A stretch of 53,767 nucleotides of DNA from Geosiphon pyriformis uo1 (Eukaryota; Fungi; Glomeromycota): positions 1 to 53,767 of the forward strand of contig JAAOMT010000341.1 of NCBI GenBank assembly GCA_016748015.1, read 5' to 3'. The translations under genes were made by a program, and so were the position numbers. Below the pieces are notes generated by a model. It saw only the letters and a list, made by a program, of their open reading frames with translations, was not told the origin of the DNA and searched no databases. Position 1 is the first letter of the stretch, and every line of letters begins with the position of its first letter. Shown here piece after piece: positions 52,708 through 53,767 of this stretch.

Positions 52708-53767
52708 ATGGTTGAGGTTTCTTGCTACTATTTGTTTTTATTTTCTCACTTATTTTGTCCAATAACTTGTTGGTTCTTGGCAATCGTCCCGATGTTGAAT
52801 TCGTAAATTTTAGAACGTCCTCATTACAACTGCCGACGGTTATACTGGTTACGAAATCGCTAATCAACTTGTCTCGAACTTTCGCTTCAAAGCAAAGGTC
52901 AAAGAAATCTATGCAACTGCCGAAAACGTAAATGAGTGTAAAGAACTCGAAAAGAAAGGCGTTCATGTCTTCCAGGTAGTCATAATTGCTGATAGTCGAC
53001 TTTAGCTGAAGAGTTTTTATTTAACAGTAAATGGAATTTTTTTAGTTTGACTCTTCTGATAATTTTAATGATAAGATTAAAGGTAAGGCGGTTTCTGAAT
53101 CTTTCATTTCTTGCTCATATTGATCTGCACTTTCTTGAATTCTTTTAGCCGACATTGTCGTTTTAATCCCTCCGACTAAGGAAGATAAGGTAATTGAAAT
53201 GTTTTAGAAATTTTAACAACTTTAAGATTAACCTTTTACATGAACAATATAACTTTGCTTTCATCAGGTTCATCGTTCTCAGAATTTGATCAAAGCGTGT
53301 GAGAGTGCTGGTATCAAGAATTGCGTCTTAATCTCAACGGCTACAACCGATATCGCTGATCCTAAGGAGCAACCTCACATTGCGCACTTTCTGGAGATTG
53401 AGAAAGCTGCCAAGCACGCTAGCTTCGAACAACTTGTTATTATGCGGTATTCAAAAGTTCAGATATAATTCAACTATTTATTCGAGAAAAATTTAACGCT
53501 AATTACATGTTTTTAGTGCCAATTTTTACACTGAAAATATCCTTCTTTACAAGGAACAAATGAAAAAGGGCAAACTTCCTATTCCAATTAATAATGGCAA
53601 GTTCGCTCCCGCTGCTCTCAAAGATGTTTCCGAGGCTGCCTGTGTTATGCTTGCTCATCCCGAAAAGTTGAAAGAATATCATGGAAAACCCATTACCTTG
53701 ACGGGTTCGTGATTTAGCTCAAGGATTTGCAACGGCAATCTTTTCGTTTCACTAATTTATTTATCAT
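52708..53767 (+). CDS. NmrA-like / atypical SDR NAD(P)-binding protein, 3' end outside the window
   Basis: The spliced product reads MVE|NVLITTADGYTGYEIA (Rossmann), LIPPTKEDK, LIKACESAGIKNCVLIS, FLEIEK, MRANFYTEN, GKFAPAALKDVSEAA, ITLTG. Confidence 0.88.

Noticed and set aside
52646-52966. 106-aa minus-strand ORF; also 37274-37576, 44276-44506 and 51573-51824
   Set aside because: Antisense or alternate-frame overlaps of well-supported genes.

Overview
AT-rich, intron-dense eukaryotic DNA with 60-100 nt GT-AG introns and no operons, RNA genes or CRISPR arrays. The gene set and Tc1-type elements suggest an early-diverging fungus, probably Glomeromycotina (inference). Manually spliced genes: a bacterial-like alpha/beta hydrolase, a kaptin (KPTN, KICSTOR) orthologue, three APC/LAT-type amino-acid permease paralogues (one intact, two pseudogenes), an intronless coiled-coil ORF, a very large inducible GTPase (VLIG/GVIN1-like) gene spanning an assembly gap, a cytochrome P450, a 7TM receptor, an HSP20 and an NmrA-like oxidoreductase. 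Two Tc1/mariner relics are present. Strongest second-look items: the fungal VLIG with two TAG codons at probable Trp positions near its 3' end; a roughly 4-kb inversion that separates permease copy A from its distal promoter, together with a transposon insertion and gene-conversion tracts; a P450 lacking the acid-alcohol pair; a candidate bacterial HGT hydrolase; and KPTN in a fungus. All family assignments come from motif recognition by eye, not database searches.
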